This document shows positions 1-8,424 of a stretch of DNA of 64,000 nt, piece by piece. The stretch is taken from the NCBI GenBank assembly GCA_026419835.1, contig JAOAKQ010000003.1:123237-187236 (forward strand). Direction: 5' to 3'. The notes beneath the pieces were generated by a model. The model saw only the letters and a list, made by a program, of their open reading frames with translations. It ran no database searches and was not told the origin of the DNA. Numbering within the stretch: the first letter of the stretch is position 1; each line of letters starts with the position of its first letter. A program made the translations under genes and the position numbers. This stretch comes from Sulfolobales archaeon (GTDB lineage: Archaea; Thermoproteota; Thermoprotei_A; Sulfolobales; NBVN01).

Positions 1-223
1 CGATATGGCCGTTATATGTAGAAGAGGCTCCGTTAGTCTCAGAAGTCGTGGGAGTATCGATGTGAGAGAAATAGCTAAAAAATTGGGGGGAGGAGGCCAT
101 AGATACGCTTCCGGGTTCTCCGTGCGCCCACCACTAGTTTACAGAGTTCTTCTCCTACTAGGCATCTCGAGTCCATACGTTAGGTGGTGTCTCAGCAGAA
201 TTAGAAGAGCGATATGCGAGTAG
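1..223 (+). CDS. DHH/DHHA1 family phosphoesterase, C-terminal fragment (5' end outside window)
   Basis: SVSLRS...IAKKLGGGGHRYASG is the DHHA1 GGGH motif. Confidence 0.75.
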   Translation, partial: DMAVICRRGSVSLRSRGSIDVREIAKKLGGGGHRYASGFSVRPPLVYRVLLLLGISSPYVRWCLSRIRRAICE

Positions 224-267
224 AGAGTGCGGCCGGTAGATCCGCGAAATAGAAGTGGTAGAGCTGA

Positions 268-831
268 ATGCCGCGCTACGCTAGAGTTTCGGGACTGGAC
301 CTGGCAGCTGAGAGCTACAACTGCTCCGGGTACGCGGTGGTAGATCTCGCCAATACCTCCTTAGTGAAGATAGCGTGTCTCTATACCGATGACCAGATAG
401 TCTCGAGTATTATTTCAGATAAAGTAAACTTGGTCAGCGTAGACTCGCCAATATCTAGAGAACCGAAGTTCAGGCTTGTAGATCGAGAAGCGGTGCGGAG
501 AGGTTTTAGAGTTCTACCACCCAGTCTTAAGTGCATGAAGAAGCTATCTCTAAGAGGTTGGAAGCTGTACGAGGAACTTAGATTGAGAGGTATTGAAGTC
601 ATAGAAACACACCCCAGAAGCGCTATGAAGAGTTCCGGAGTAGGTGACCACGCAGTACTTGCTGAAAAACTCGGTATTGAACTCGGGGAATACCGATCGA
701 GAAAACTGGGAAGGGACTTGCGTGACGCTCTAATATCCGCTCTCGTTGCGGTGTGCTACGCGAGAGGTGATTGCCTACTGACAATTAGTGCTGAAGATGG
801 TAGTATACATCTAATAAAACCTCTACTCTAG
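268..831 (+). CDS. DUF429 family protein (predicted RNase H-like nuclease)
   Basis: GLDLAA, VDSP, R..DR, IETHP and DALISA motifs. Confidence 0.75.
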   Translation: MPRYARVSGLDLAAESYNCSGYAVVDLANTSLVKIACLYTDDQIVSSIISDKVNLVSVDSPISREPKFRLVDREAVRRGFRVLPPSLKCMKKLSLRGWKLYEELRLRGIEVIETHPRSAMKSSGVGDHAVLAEKLGIELGEYRSRKLGRDLRDALISALVAVCYARGDCLLTISAEDGSIHLIKPLL

Positions 832-896
832 CTCGCGAACTCAGGAGCTTCGTTCTGATCAGTCTAGGTTAATTTAAACTCGCACCCACGATAATC

Positions 897-1283
897 GTGG
901 TGGTGGATTTGGAGGGCTTTGAGAAAGTCGTTAAAGTGAGAGTAAGGGACTTCTCAGACCTAGTTAGACTAGCGGCATCGGGGCTTATGATGGGGCAGCC
1001 TACCTACATAATCAGGTTTACTTTAAGTGGAAACGTGTGCGTTTACGGAATAATGGCCGTATTTAAAGACTTCTACAAGCTCTACGGAGTTCCACTCATC
1101 TACTACTGGCTAGATGAGGGCTGCAGAATGCCCGTAGATAGGAATTACGCAGTTATCAGGTCGGACGAAACTGGAGAGCACGTAGAGTTAAATAAGGGAT
1201 TTAAAGCTGGAGTCATAAACGTTCCGATAATAAACGTTCAGGAAGTTCCCGGCTTTATTTGGGATAAGGAGAAGCAGCTGTAG
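897..1283 (+). CDS. conserved crenarchaeal hypothetical protein
   Basis: 128-aa ORF with FKDFYKLYGVPLIYY segment and a TATA-like element upstream. Confidence 0.6.
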   Translation: MVVDLEGFEKVVKVRVRDFSDLVRLAASGLMMGQPTYIIRFTLSGNVCVYGIMAVFKDFYKLYGVPLIYYWLDEGCRMPVDRNYAVIRSDETGEHVELNKGFKAGVINVPIINVQEVPGFIWDKEKQL

Positions 1284-1394
1284 GACGGCTTAGTTAGCAC
1301 GTCTTTATTTGAGATTCTAAGTGCGCATCTACGTGAGTTAGCCTAGAATTACTTCAGTTTATAAGTTCTAGGGCATACGTATTAGCGGTAGTAA

Positions 1395-1661
1395 ATGAGG
1401 AGAACTAGGCAGGCAGTACCTTCAGTAACTATCTTAGAGGCAGTAGCAAGAGCTGGAGGTGTAGTATCGGGTGACGCCCTATTCATGGAGCTGAGAAAAG
1501 CGGGGGACATATCTTTTGGAGAGTTTCTAAGGCTGCTAATGGTGCTAGAACTTAGAGGTTTAATTAGAGTAACATCCACAGCGGAAGACAGGTTCTTCGT
1601 TCACGTAACTGAGAAGGCATTAAAGATCCTAACAACGAGAGAGGAGGTAGAGAGCGACTAG
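1395..1661 (+). CDS. small winged-helix protein
   Basis: EFLRLLMVLELRGLIRV wHTH-like; TTTATAAG upstream. Confidence 0.55.
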   Translation: MRRTRQAVPSVTILEAVARAGGVVSGDALFMELRKAGDISFGEFLRLLMVLELRGLIRVTSTAEDRFFVHVTEKALKILTTREEVESD

Positions 1662-1790
1662 CGGTATCTTAAGGCTCTGTGCGCATGTGTAGGACTAGAA
1701 GCCGAAGATTTGCGGTCATCTAGGCGAAAACACCGCTGAAACCGTAAATTCTAAATTCTCTCAAGTCTACAGTAGTCGGATGCTGAGGCC

Positions 1791-2297
1791 GTGGTAAAGA
1801 TTGTAGTAGACAGCATGCTGGGAAATCTGGCGAGGTGGTTGAGGGTGCTAGGTTACGATACGGAGTACTCTAGAAAAATGAGGGACAGCGATATCCTAGA
1901 GATCGCTATAAGAGAGGGTAGGGTTATTATTACACGAGACCGCGGGTTGCATAGAAAAGCCGTGAAGAAGAACTTGAAGTCCGTGTATGTCTCGCCGGAC
2001 TTAACTGACGTAGTTGACATGCTTACTCTAGTAGCGAAAACTCTAGGTCTCTCCATCAGATTTGATAAGGGAAGTACTAGGTGTCCCCTATGCAATACGA
2101 AACTCGATATAGTGCCGAAAGCTCGGGTAGCTTCTCTAGTACCTCCTGAAGTACTGAATAAGTACGATACGTTCTGGTACTGCGTGAAATGCCGCAAAGC
2201 ATACTGGCAGGGAAACCACTGGAAGACTATAAACGATACGATCGATATTGTTAGAAGTAGGTTGAACGCGAATCCTCCGCAAGAGAGTTTCAACTAG
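1791..2297 (+). CDS. Mut7-C RNase/PIN domain protein (DUF82)
   Basis: VDSMLGNLARWLRVLGYD, TRD, RCPLCN...CVKC.KAYWQGNHW. Confidence 0.9.
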   Translation: MVKIVVDSMLGNLARWLRVLGYDTEYSRKMRDSDILEIAIREGRVIITRDRGLHRKAVKKNLKSVYVSPDLTDVVDMLTLVAKTLGLSIRFDKGSTRCPLCNTKLDIVPKARVASLVPPEVLNKYDTFWYCVKCRKAYWQGNHWKTINDTIDIVRSRLNANPPQESFN

Positions 2298-2426
2298 TCG
2301 TAGAGGGATGTAGGTAGCGTAGTAGGAGCTAACCGAAGTTTAGCGCTCAATTTCATTAAGTTCGCGCCGTTATCTTGAAATTGGAACAACTCTTTATTTT
2401 AGTCAAGAATTCATGTAGGGCAGAGT

Positions 2427-3155
2427 ATGAGGGTTCGGATAAGGTACTACGCACTGCTCAGGGAATTAGTTGGTGTGGACTCTGAAGATATCGACGTAGA
2501 TACCTGCTTTACTAGAGTTGGGGACATTATAGAAGTTGTGGCCAGAGCGCATCCAGAGCTAGCTGAAGCGATCTCAAAGAAGCTGGTTCTCGTAATACAC
2601 AGCGAGAACTTAATTAAAGACCTGAACCAATCTATAGACCTGTGCTCAGATAGTAGAGTAGACCTAGTTCCACCTTCAGCTGGAGGTAGCGGACCTTACG
2701 AAATTCAATTACTTCGCTGTCGTGTAGTAGATGTGGATAGCTTTTTAAGAGACCTCTTCTCCAAGTTAGACCCTGAAGCTGGGGCCATCGCCATATACTT
2801 TGGAGTAGTTAAGGGTTCCGTCGAGGGTAGGAAGGTCGAAGAACTGAGGTACGAGTTTCACGAAGAATACACTGAGAGAGCTCTGGCGAGAATAGCTGAG
2901 GAAGTATCTAGGAACGGCGATGTACGCTACGTCAAACTGCACCACAGCGTGGGAACGTTTAAGCCGGGTGATACCGTTTTTGCTGCCGGAGTCGTAAGTC
3001 GCGGAAGAAAGAGCGCGATCAAGGCGCTTCAAGACCTAGTCGAAAGAGTTAAGCACGAGGTATCCGTATGGAAGGTGGAGAGGAGGGAGGATGGCACGTT
3101 CTGGGTCGTAGGTAACGGCGAGAGAGTGCCCGCTAGAGTCAGCAAATCGCGGTGA
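2427..3155 (+). CDS. MoaD-MoaE fusion (molybdopterin synthase)
   Basis: N-terminal ubiquitin-like VRIRYYALLRE...PPSAGG; C-terminal MoaE GAIAIYFGVVK...VKHEVSVWKVE. Confidence 0.85.
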   Translation: MRVRIRYYALLRELVGVDSEDIDVDTCFTRVGDIIEVVARAHPELAEAISKKLVLVIHSENLIKDLNQSIDLCSDSRVDLVPPSAGGSGPYEIQLLRCRVVDVDSFLRDLFSKLDPEAGAIAIYFGVVKGSVEGRKVEELRYEFHEEYTERALARIAEEVSRNGDVRYVKLHHSVGTFKPGDTVFAAGVVSRGRKSAIKALQDLVERVKHEVSVWKVERREDGTFWVVGNGERVPARVSKSR

Positions 3156-3206
3156 GACTGCTCCCAGTTCTCCAATACAGTTCGCCTGTTTGAAGTATGA
3201 AGGCAG

Positions 3207-4043
3207 TTAATCTATCAGTGTGTTGAGTATAGCTAGCGTCGAGATTAGTGCTTCGTAGGTTCTAACTGTGAGCGCTCCTTGATACGGTATGAAGTTTACC
3301 GTGACATCTATTTCTAAGTCTACACTGACGAGCTCACTGAGGTCTTTCCTAGGATTGCCGAAGAGTACGCATACAGACTTAGAGTTCTTCAATTTCTGGA
3401 GGAAGTCTGCGCTCTCGAGAACTCGGTGTAGTGGTTCACCGTTCTTACTCGTGTTTATAACGAAGTCGTGCTGACTGATGAACCTCTTGAGTTTATCCTG
3501 GTCGGCTATACCTACTACTTCATAGCCTGTGTAGATGTGTGGATTGCGCACTTCACTGCATATCGGTGGGTCGGTGCCGTCAACTCTAACTAGAACCACA
3601 TCTCTGGGTCTAGCGCGTTTAGCTTCCACCAATCTGCAAGGTTTTTCCGATCCGATATCGACGTACCCAAGCTCATTCAGTACCAACCCGAATCTAATGT
3701 CCCCAGTTGATACGGGTCTGTTCTCTGGATTGTGGGGGTATATGGATAGAGGTGGTAGTAATCCAGCGAATCTCAGGTCTCTATCTAGAGGGTACGTCTT
3801 AGCTCTTAAGTAGGGAGGTACGAGTACGTATTTCGAAATCTTCAAGAAGAGGTTGTGGTCCTCACTCGTTGCTTCTAGGTCCTTGAAGATTCCCAGAGTA
3901 GAAACTCTAAATATAGATAGCGCTCTGGCTACTTCACCAGCCAGCCTCGTTTTAAGTCTTAGGTCTCTGTAGAGCGATAAATTTGAAGAAGGTACGAGTA
4001 CAGCTATGGACGTACGCCTCCTCGGAGGAGGCCACTTAAACAA
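3207..4043 (-). CDS. SPOUT-family RNA methyltransferase (DUF171/SPOUT1-like)
   Basis: ARALSIFRV, PPYLR, FAGLLPPL, NFIPYQGALTVRTYEAL; next to rpl3 as usual in archaea. Confidence 0.85.
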   Translation of the reverse strand: MFKWPPPRRRTSIAVLVPSSNLSLYRDLRLKTRLAGEVARALSIFRVSTLGIFKDLEATSEDHNLFLKISKYVLVPPYLRAKTYPLDRDLRFAGLLPPLSIYPHNPENRPVSTGDIRFGLVLNELGYVDIGSEKPCRLVEAKRARPRDVVLVRVDGTDPPICSEVRNPHIYTGYEVVGIADQDKLKRFISQHDFVINTSKNGEPLHRVLESADFLQKLKNSKSVCVLFGNPRKDLSELVSVDLEIDVTVNFIPYQGALTVRTYEALISTLAILNTLID

Positions 4044-4058
4044 CTAAACCCCAGATAA

Positions 4059-4128
4059 CCCCCCAAATAAAGTTTATAAACCTACAGACGATAGGAGCGC
4101 AAAGGAATCTGAACAATAGAATTGAAAG
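4059..4128 (+). CRISPR. solo leader plus single CRISPR-type repeat (copy A)
   Basis: repeat GAATCTGAACAATAGAATTGAAAG at 4105-4128; leader with ATAAAG-TTTATAAA resembles the copies at 53921 and 57495. Confidence 0.75.
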
Positions 4129-4133
4129 GACAA

Positions 4134-4223
4134 CTACTTCTCTTTCTTCTTAGAGACCCGCTTCTTGACCTCGCTCTTAGTTTTCTCAGCTTCCTTGGAC
4201 TTCCCACTCTCACCTACTCCCAT
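4134..4223 (-). CDS. putative small Lys-rich peptide (MGVGESGKSKEAEKTKSEVKKRVSKKKEK; could extend to ATG 4274)
   Basis: manual translation; purine-rich, coding-like strand bias; too short for the ORF track. Confidence 0.3.
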   Translation of the reverse strand: MGVGESGKSKEAEKTKSEVKKRVSKKKEK

Positions 4224-4311
4224 AAACAAAGTAGTTCTCTGCCTACCCCCCACGACACTCGCCACAGAGTACATGCGATCTCGGTTTTTAAGTGTGTAGG
4301 GAATACTAGCG

Positions 4312-4366
4312 TAGATGATGTAAAAGCCGAGTATTGAGCGGTGAAGTGTCTCCCGAAGTCTGATAA
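4312..4366 (+). ncRNA. C/D box sRNA (2'-O-methylation guide)
   Basis: C ATGATGT 4315, 12-nt guide, D' TTGA, C' GTGAAGT, guide GTCTCCCGAAGT, D CTGA 4360; TATA TTTTTAAG at 4285; D guide complementary to the conserved 23S motif ACUUCGGGAGA. Confidence 0.8.
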
Positions 4367-4463
4367 GCGCTGCTCGTACCTAGGTTAGCTAGAACTTCGA
4401 GAGAAGTACCGTAGAAAAGCTTTAAAGTGAAATTCAGCTACTGGAGTAGGTAAGGCGGTAAAG

Positions 4464-5486
4464 GTGGCTCGAAGAAAGCAATCAGCTCCAAGAAGAGGTA
4501 GCCTAGGTGTAAGACCGCGGAAGAGAGCTTCGAGAATACTCCCTAGAGTTAGGTCGTGGCCTGTGCTCGACCTACCTGCTCCGAAACCCCTAGCCTTCGT
4601 AGGCTACAAAGCTGGGATGACTCATATCATTATCGTTGACAACAGGCCGGGGTCCGCAACGTACGGTCAGGAGATAGCTATTGCTGCGACCGTAATCGAG
4701 ACTCCCCCCATGATAGTTCTTGGAGCTAGGTTCTACACTCGGGAAGGTTTCGGAGGTCTCAAAACTCTGACTGAAGTTTGGGTAGAACCGCCGAAAGACC
4801 TAGAGATCTGGCGTAGAATATCTACCTTCTCGGCGGATCCGCGAAAGAACGAGCTTAGAACTAAGATGGTTCTAGAGCAGGTCGATAGGATAGCTGAAGT
4901 GGCTATACTAGCCGCTACCCAGCCTAAGCTGGTCGGTGGATTAAGTAAGAAGGTACCGGATATTCTTGAAGTAAAGATCGGTGGTGGAAGTATCTACGAT
5001 AGAGTAAACTACGCGCTATCGATTCTAGGAAAGCAGTTAGATGTATCAAGTGTTTTCTCCGCAGGGCAGTTCGTTGATGTTATAGGTGTAACTAAGGGTA
5101 AGGGATTCCAAGGTGTAATAAAGAGATTTGGAGTGAGAGAACTTCCGAGATGGCATAAGCATAGAAAAGGTAGTAGGAGAGTTGGGGCTAGATCCCCAAC
5201 GATAGGAGCTCTAAGTGCCGTTCCTCAAGCGGGGCAGATGGGGTTCCACAGAAGAACGGAGTTCAATAAGTGGATCATAAGTATAGGAAACAACGGATAC
5301 GAGGTAACCCCGTCGGGAGGTTTTCCGCACTACGGACTGGTTAAATCTACGTACGTAGTGTTGATAGGAAGTGTGTTCGGACCGCCGAAAAGACCTGTAG
5401 TACTTAGGTGGCCTATAAGACCGCCAACCGAAGCCGTGTTGGAACCTCCTAGAGTAGTGTACACTAGCTTGGAGAGTAAGCAGTGA
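4464..5486 (+). CDS. rpl3: 50S ribosomal protein L3
   Basis: PRRGSLGVRPRKRA, GYKAGMTH, KGKGFQGVIKR. Confidence 0.98.
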   Translation: MARRKQSAPRRGSLGVRPRKRASRILPRVRSWPVLDLPAPKPLAFVGYKAGMTHIIIVDNRPGSATYGQEIAIAATVIETPPMIVLGARFYTREGFGGLKTLTEVWVEPPKDLEIWRRISTFSADPRKNELRTKMVLEQVDRIAEVAILAATQPKLVGGLSKKVPDILEVKIGGGSIYDRVNYALSILGKQLDVSSVFSAGQFVDVIGVTKGKGFQGVIKRFGVRELPRWHKHRKGSRRVGARSPTIGALSAVPQAGQMGFHRRTEFNKWIISIGNNGYEVTPSGGFPHYGLVKSTYVVLIGSVFGPPKRPVVLRWPIRPPTEAVLEPPRVVYTSLESKQ

Positions 5487-5487
5487 G

Positions 5488-6306
5488 GTGCTGAAGGTGA
5501 GAGTGCTAGTACTGCCCGAGAAAATCTCGCAGAAGAAGGTTCCACTCTATAGCTTAGATGGAAAGCAGGTGGGTGAGATACCCCTACCCCCAGTTTTCTC
5601 GATACCTATTAGAAAGGACGTTATTAGGAGGGCTTTCCTATCAGCACTAACAGCCCGCCTCCAGCCTAAGGGTAGAGATGAGCTTGCCGGTAAGAGAAGA
5701 GTTGGTGAATCGTGGGGGATAAACTACTCAGTAGCTAGGGTTCCGAGATTAGATAACGGTAGAGCTGTGCTCGCTCCTCATGTTAGAGGAGGTCGCCTAG
5801 CGTTTCCACCCACTACCGAGAGGAGAGTACATGAAAGAGTCAATAAGAAGGAGAAGGCTCTCGCACTAGCTTCAGCACTAGCGGCTACAGCTAGAGTTGA
5901 GCTAGTTAAGCAGAGAGGGCATAGATTCTTCGCTAAGGACCTTCCGGTAGTTGTTGTAGATGATTTAGAGGCATTAAGCGAGACCTCAACCCTAAAGAAA
6001 GTTCTTCAAACACTGGGAGTTTGGGATGACGTGGTTAGAGCTCAGGAGGGAACTAGGGTAAGAGCTGGTAGAGGTAAGATGAGAGGGCGGAGGTACAAGA
6101 AACCGAAGTCTCTTCTCGTAGTAGTTTCCAGTGGTAAGTGCCCACTAGTTAAAGCCGCTAGAGCTCTCCCAGGCGTTGAAGCTGTTTCAGTAGATCTACT
6201 AAGCGTTCTTCATCTAGCTCCAGGGGGGCATCCGGGGAGGTTGATGGTGATAACGGCCAGCGCCCTCGGTAGGATTGGCGAGAAGTTCGAGGTGGTAACT
6301 CCTTGA
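5488..6306 (+). CDS. rpl4: 50S ribosomal protein L4 (exact start uncertain)
   Basis: ESWGINYSVARVPR, RAGRGKMRGRRY, HLAPGGHPGRL. Confidence 0.97.
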   Translation: MLKVRVLVLPEKISQKKVPLYSLDGKQVGEIPLPPVFSIPIRKDVIRRAFLSALTARLQPKGRDELAGKRRVGESWGINYSVARVPRLDNGRAVLAPHVRGGRLAFPPTTERRVHERVNKKEKALALASALAATARVELVKQRGHRFFAKDLPVVVVDDLEALSETSTLKKVLQTLGVWDDVVRAQEGTRVRAGRGKMRGRRYKKPKSLLVVVSSGKCPLVKAARALPGVEAVSVDLLSVLHLAPGGHPGRLMVITASALGRIGEKFEVVTP

Positions 6307-6566
6307 AGGACCCCCGCAGTATTATAAAGGCCGCGGTGTCTAGCGAGAAGGCTATAACGTACATGGAGAAGTTCAACACCATTACTTTCATAGTCGATAT
6401 CAAGGCAACGAAGAAAGACGTCGAGAAAGCCGTTGAAGAGCTATTCGGCGTTAAGGTAGCTAGAGTTAGAACTCTAGTAACCCCTAAGGGAGAGAAGAAG
6501 GCCTACGTTAGGTTAACTGAAGAATATAAGGCATCGGACGTAGCAACTAAGTTGGGTATAGTGTAG
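6303..6566 (+). CDS. rpl23: 50S ribosomal protein L23
   Basis: SEKA...TFIVD...GEKKAYVRL. Confidence 0.97.
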   Translation: MKDPRSIIKAAVSSEKAITYMEKFNTITFIVDIKATKKDVEKAVEELFGVKVARVRTLVTPKGEKKAYVRLTEEYKASDVATKLGIV

Positions 6567-6577
6567 CGGTGGTTTAG

Positions 6578-7294
6578 GTGGGTAAGAGAATACTTTCGCA
6601 GAGGGCTGGGAGAGGTACGTCCGTATTTAGAAGCCCGTCCCATCTAAGAATAGCTCCAGCGAGATACCCACTCCCAGCTAATGAGACTAAGAAGGGAGTA
6701 GTGGTGGAACTAGTGCACGACCCTGGGCGATGGGTACCTCTAGCTCGAGTCGTACTAGAGGATAACTCCGAGTTCTACACTCCAGCAGCTGAGGGAGTCT
6801 ATCAGGGGCAGGTTGTGTACATAGGACCTCAATCCCCGGTCGCAGTTGGAAACGTACTGCCACTCAGTAACATACCTGAAGGAACTAAGGTCTTCAACGT
6901 AGAGTTAAGACCTGGCGATGGAGGTAAGATAGCTAGACAGTCCGGTAGCTACGTAGTAGTTCTAGGAAAGTCCGGTAGCTACGTAGTAGTTCTCCTACCT
7001 AGTGGTGAGCAGAAGATGGTTCTGGGGGGTTGCAGAGCTACTGTAGGCGTTCCAGCCGGTTCTGGAAGACTGGAGAAGCCGTTGCTGAAGGCGGGCGCCG
7101 CTTACCATAAGTGGAGAGTTAAGGCTCGGAAGTGGCCTAGAGTTAGAGGTGTAGCAATGAACCCGGTGTCCCACCCACATGGCGGTGGTTCACATCAAAG
7201 TGTCTCAAGGTCATCTACCGTATCGAGAAACGCGCCGCCAGGACGTAAAGTAGGTCACATAGCCGCTAAGAGAGCTGGAAGAACGAAGAGGTAG
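6578..7294 (+). CDS. rpl2: 50S ribosomal protein L2
   Basis: MGKRILSQRAGRG, WPRVRGVAMNPVSHPHGGG. Confidence 0.98.
   Translation: MGKRILSQRAGRGTSVFRSPSHLRIAPARYPLPANETKKGVVVELVHDPGRWVPLARVVLEDNSEFYTPAAEGVYQGQVVYIGPQSPVAVGNVLPLSNIPEGTKVFNVELRPGDGGKIARQSGSYVVVLGKSGSYVVVLLPSGEQKMVLGGCRATVGVPAGSGRLEKPLLKAGAAYHKWRVKARKWPRVRGVAMNPVSHPHGGGSHQSVSRSSTVSRNAPPGRKVGHIAAKRAGRTKR
6939..6993 (+). repeat. perfect 25-bp direct repeat (30-bp period) inside rpl2
   Basis: AGTCCGGTAGCTACGTAGTAGTTCT at 6939-6963 and 6969-6993. Confidence 0.95.
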
Positions 7295-7327
7295 TTTATT
7301 AAGTTACGCAAGTAGTTAAAGAGGGGT

Positions 7328-7825
7328 CTGAGTACGCCTGAGGTAAAGACTGAGATATCACCCGAGTGGGCTAAGTTCAGGTACAGAGGAAAGACTTTAA
7401 GCGAACTCGTGAACATGCCTATGGACGAGCTGATAAAGCTTCTCCCAGCTAGAGCTAGGAGAAGCCTTCTCAGAATGTCGGACCCCGAGGTTAGGGGTAG
7501 GATGCTTGAGTACGGAATGCTGCGCTCAGAAAGAGAAGACCCGGAGAGGCTAAAGCTCCTCAGAAAAGTACTTAAAGCTAGGGAAGCGCTCGCTCGAGGA
7601 AAGAACGTCGTTATTAAAACACACGTAAGAGACGCTATAGTGCTCCCGATAATGGTCGGTCTAACTATAGTTGTGTTCAATGGAAAGGAGTACGTACCAG
7701 TAAAAATAACCCCAGAAATGATAGGTCACTACCTAGGGGAGTTTGCTATAACGACTAAGAAGGTAGAGCATGGAGAACCAGGTCTCAAAGCCACTAGGTC
7801 TACCCTCTTCGTTTCGATGAAGTAA
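7328..7825 (+). CDS. rps19: 30S ribosomal protein S19 (probable CTG start)
   Basis: [27 protein letters not shown]; conserved [14 protein letters not shown] lies upstream of the ORF-track start 7409. Confidence 0.95.
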   Translation: MSTPEVKTEISPEWAKFRYRGKTLSELVNMPMDELIKLLPARARRSLLRMSDPEVRGRMLEYGMLRSEREDPERLKLLRKVLKAREALARGKNVVIKTHVRDAIVLPIMVGLTIVVFNGKEYVPVKITPEMIGHYLGEFAITTKKVEHGEPGLKATRSTLFVSMK

Positions 7826-7930
7826 GCTTTGAAACTCCTCAACATAACGTAGACCGTGTGCCTAGATGTCTTGGAGATCTCGTAGGTAATTTCTAGAAAG
7901 TGGATTTAGCCATATTCTAGAGGTAGGTGT

Positions 7931-8371
7931 GTGGCTGTGGAGTGCTTCACTAAGTTCTTCGGGAATGCCGTACCTCAGGAATTTCTAAGAACTCTCCTAC
8001 TAGAAGCTGAAGAATATGCTGCCAACGCTGTGACCGTCAAGTTCAATTTCGATTGCTACAGAAACCTGTTGAAGGAGTTATCGGTGACACTACTCTACGT
8101 CGGCATCGGTGAAATTATTGTTGAAGTTTCTCTATTACCAACCATCGAAGCTAGAGATTTTCTGCTGAGGGTCTACAGCTCTCTTCTGTCGAAGTCCTGG
8201 TCTGTTGAACTATTTGAGGATAGAATACACTTAGTTAAGAAGGTTAGCTGTCGGAGAATTCCCGGAATAGACCTAGCGGCAGCACTAAGCAGCGTTCTCG
8301 AAGACGTAGGCGAGAGATGTTCGTTTAGTTTCTCCGGTCTATACGAGCTGAAGTGGTATACGGAGCGGTAG
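7931..8371 (+). CDS. hypothetical protein
   Basis: 146-aa ORF with SD-like GAGGT; no motif recognised. Confidence 0.55.
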   Translation: MAVECFTKFFGNAVPQEFLRTLLLEAEEYAANAVTVKFNFDCYRNLLKELSVTLLYVGIGEIIVEVSLLPTIEARDFLLRVYSSLLSKSWSVELFEDRIHLVKKVSCRRIPGIDLAAALSSVLEDVGERCSFSFSGLYELKWYTER

Positions 8372-8424
8372 CTTAGGGCTATAGTTATTAGTGTCTAGCG
8401 GATATAGTATATTGGTGGGGATAC

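Noticed and set aside
4122-4337. 71-aa + strand ORF from the track
   Set aside because: Starts inside the repeat, runs over the sRNA and is not coding-like.
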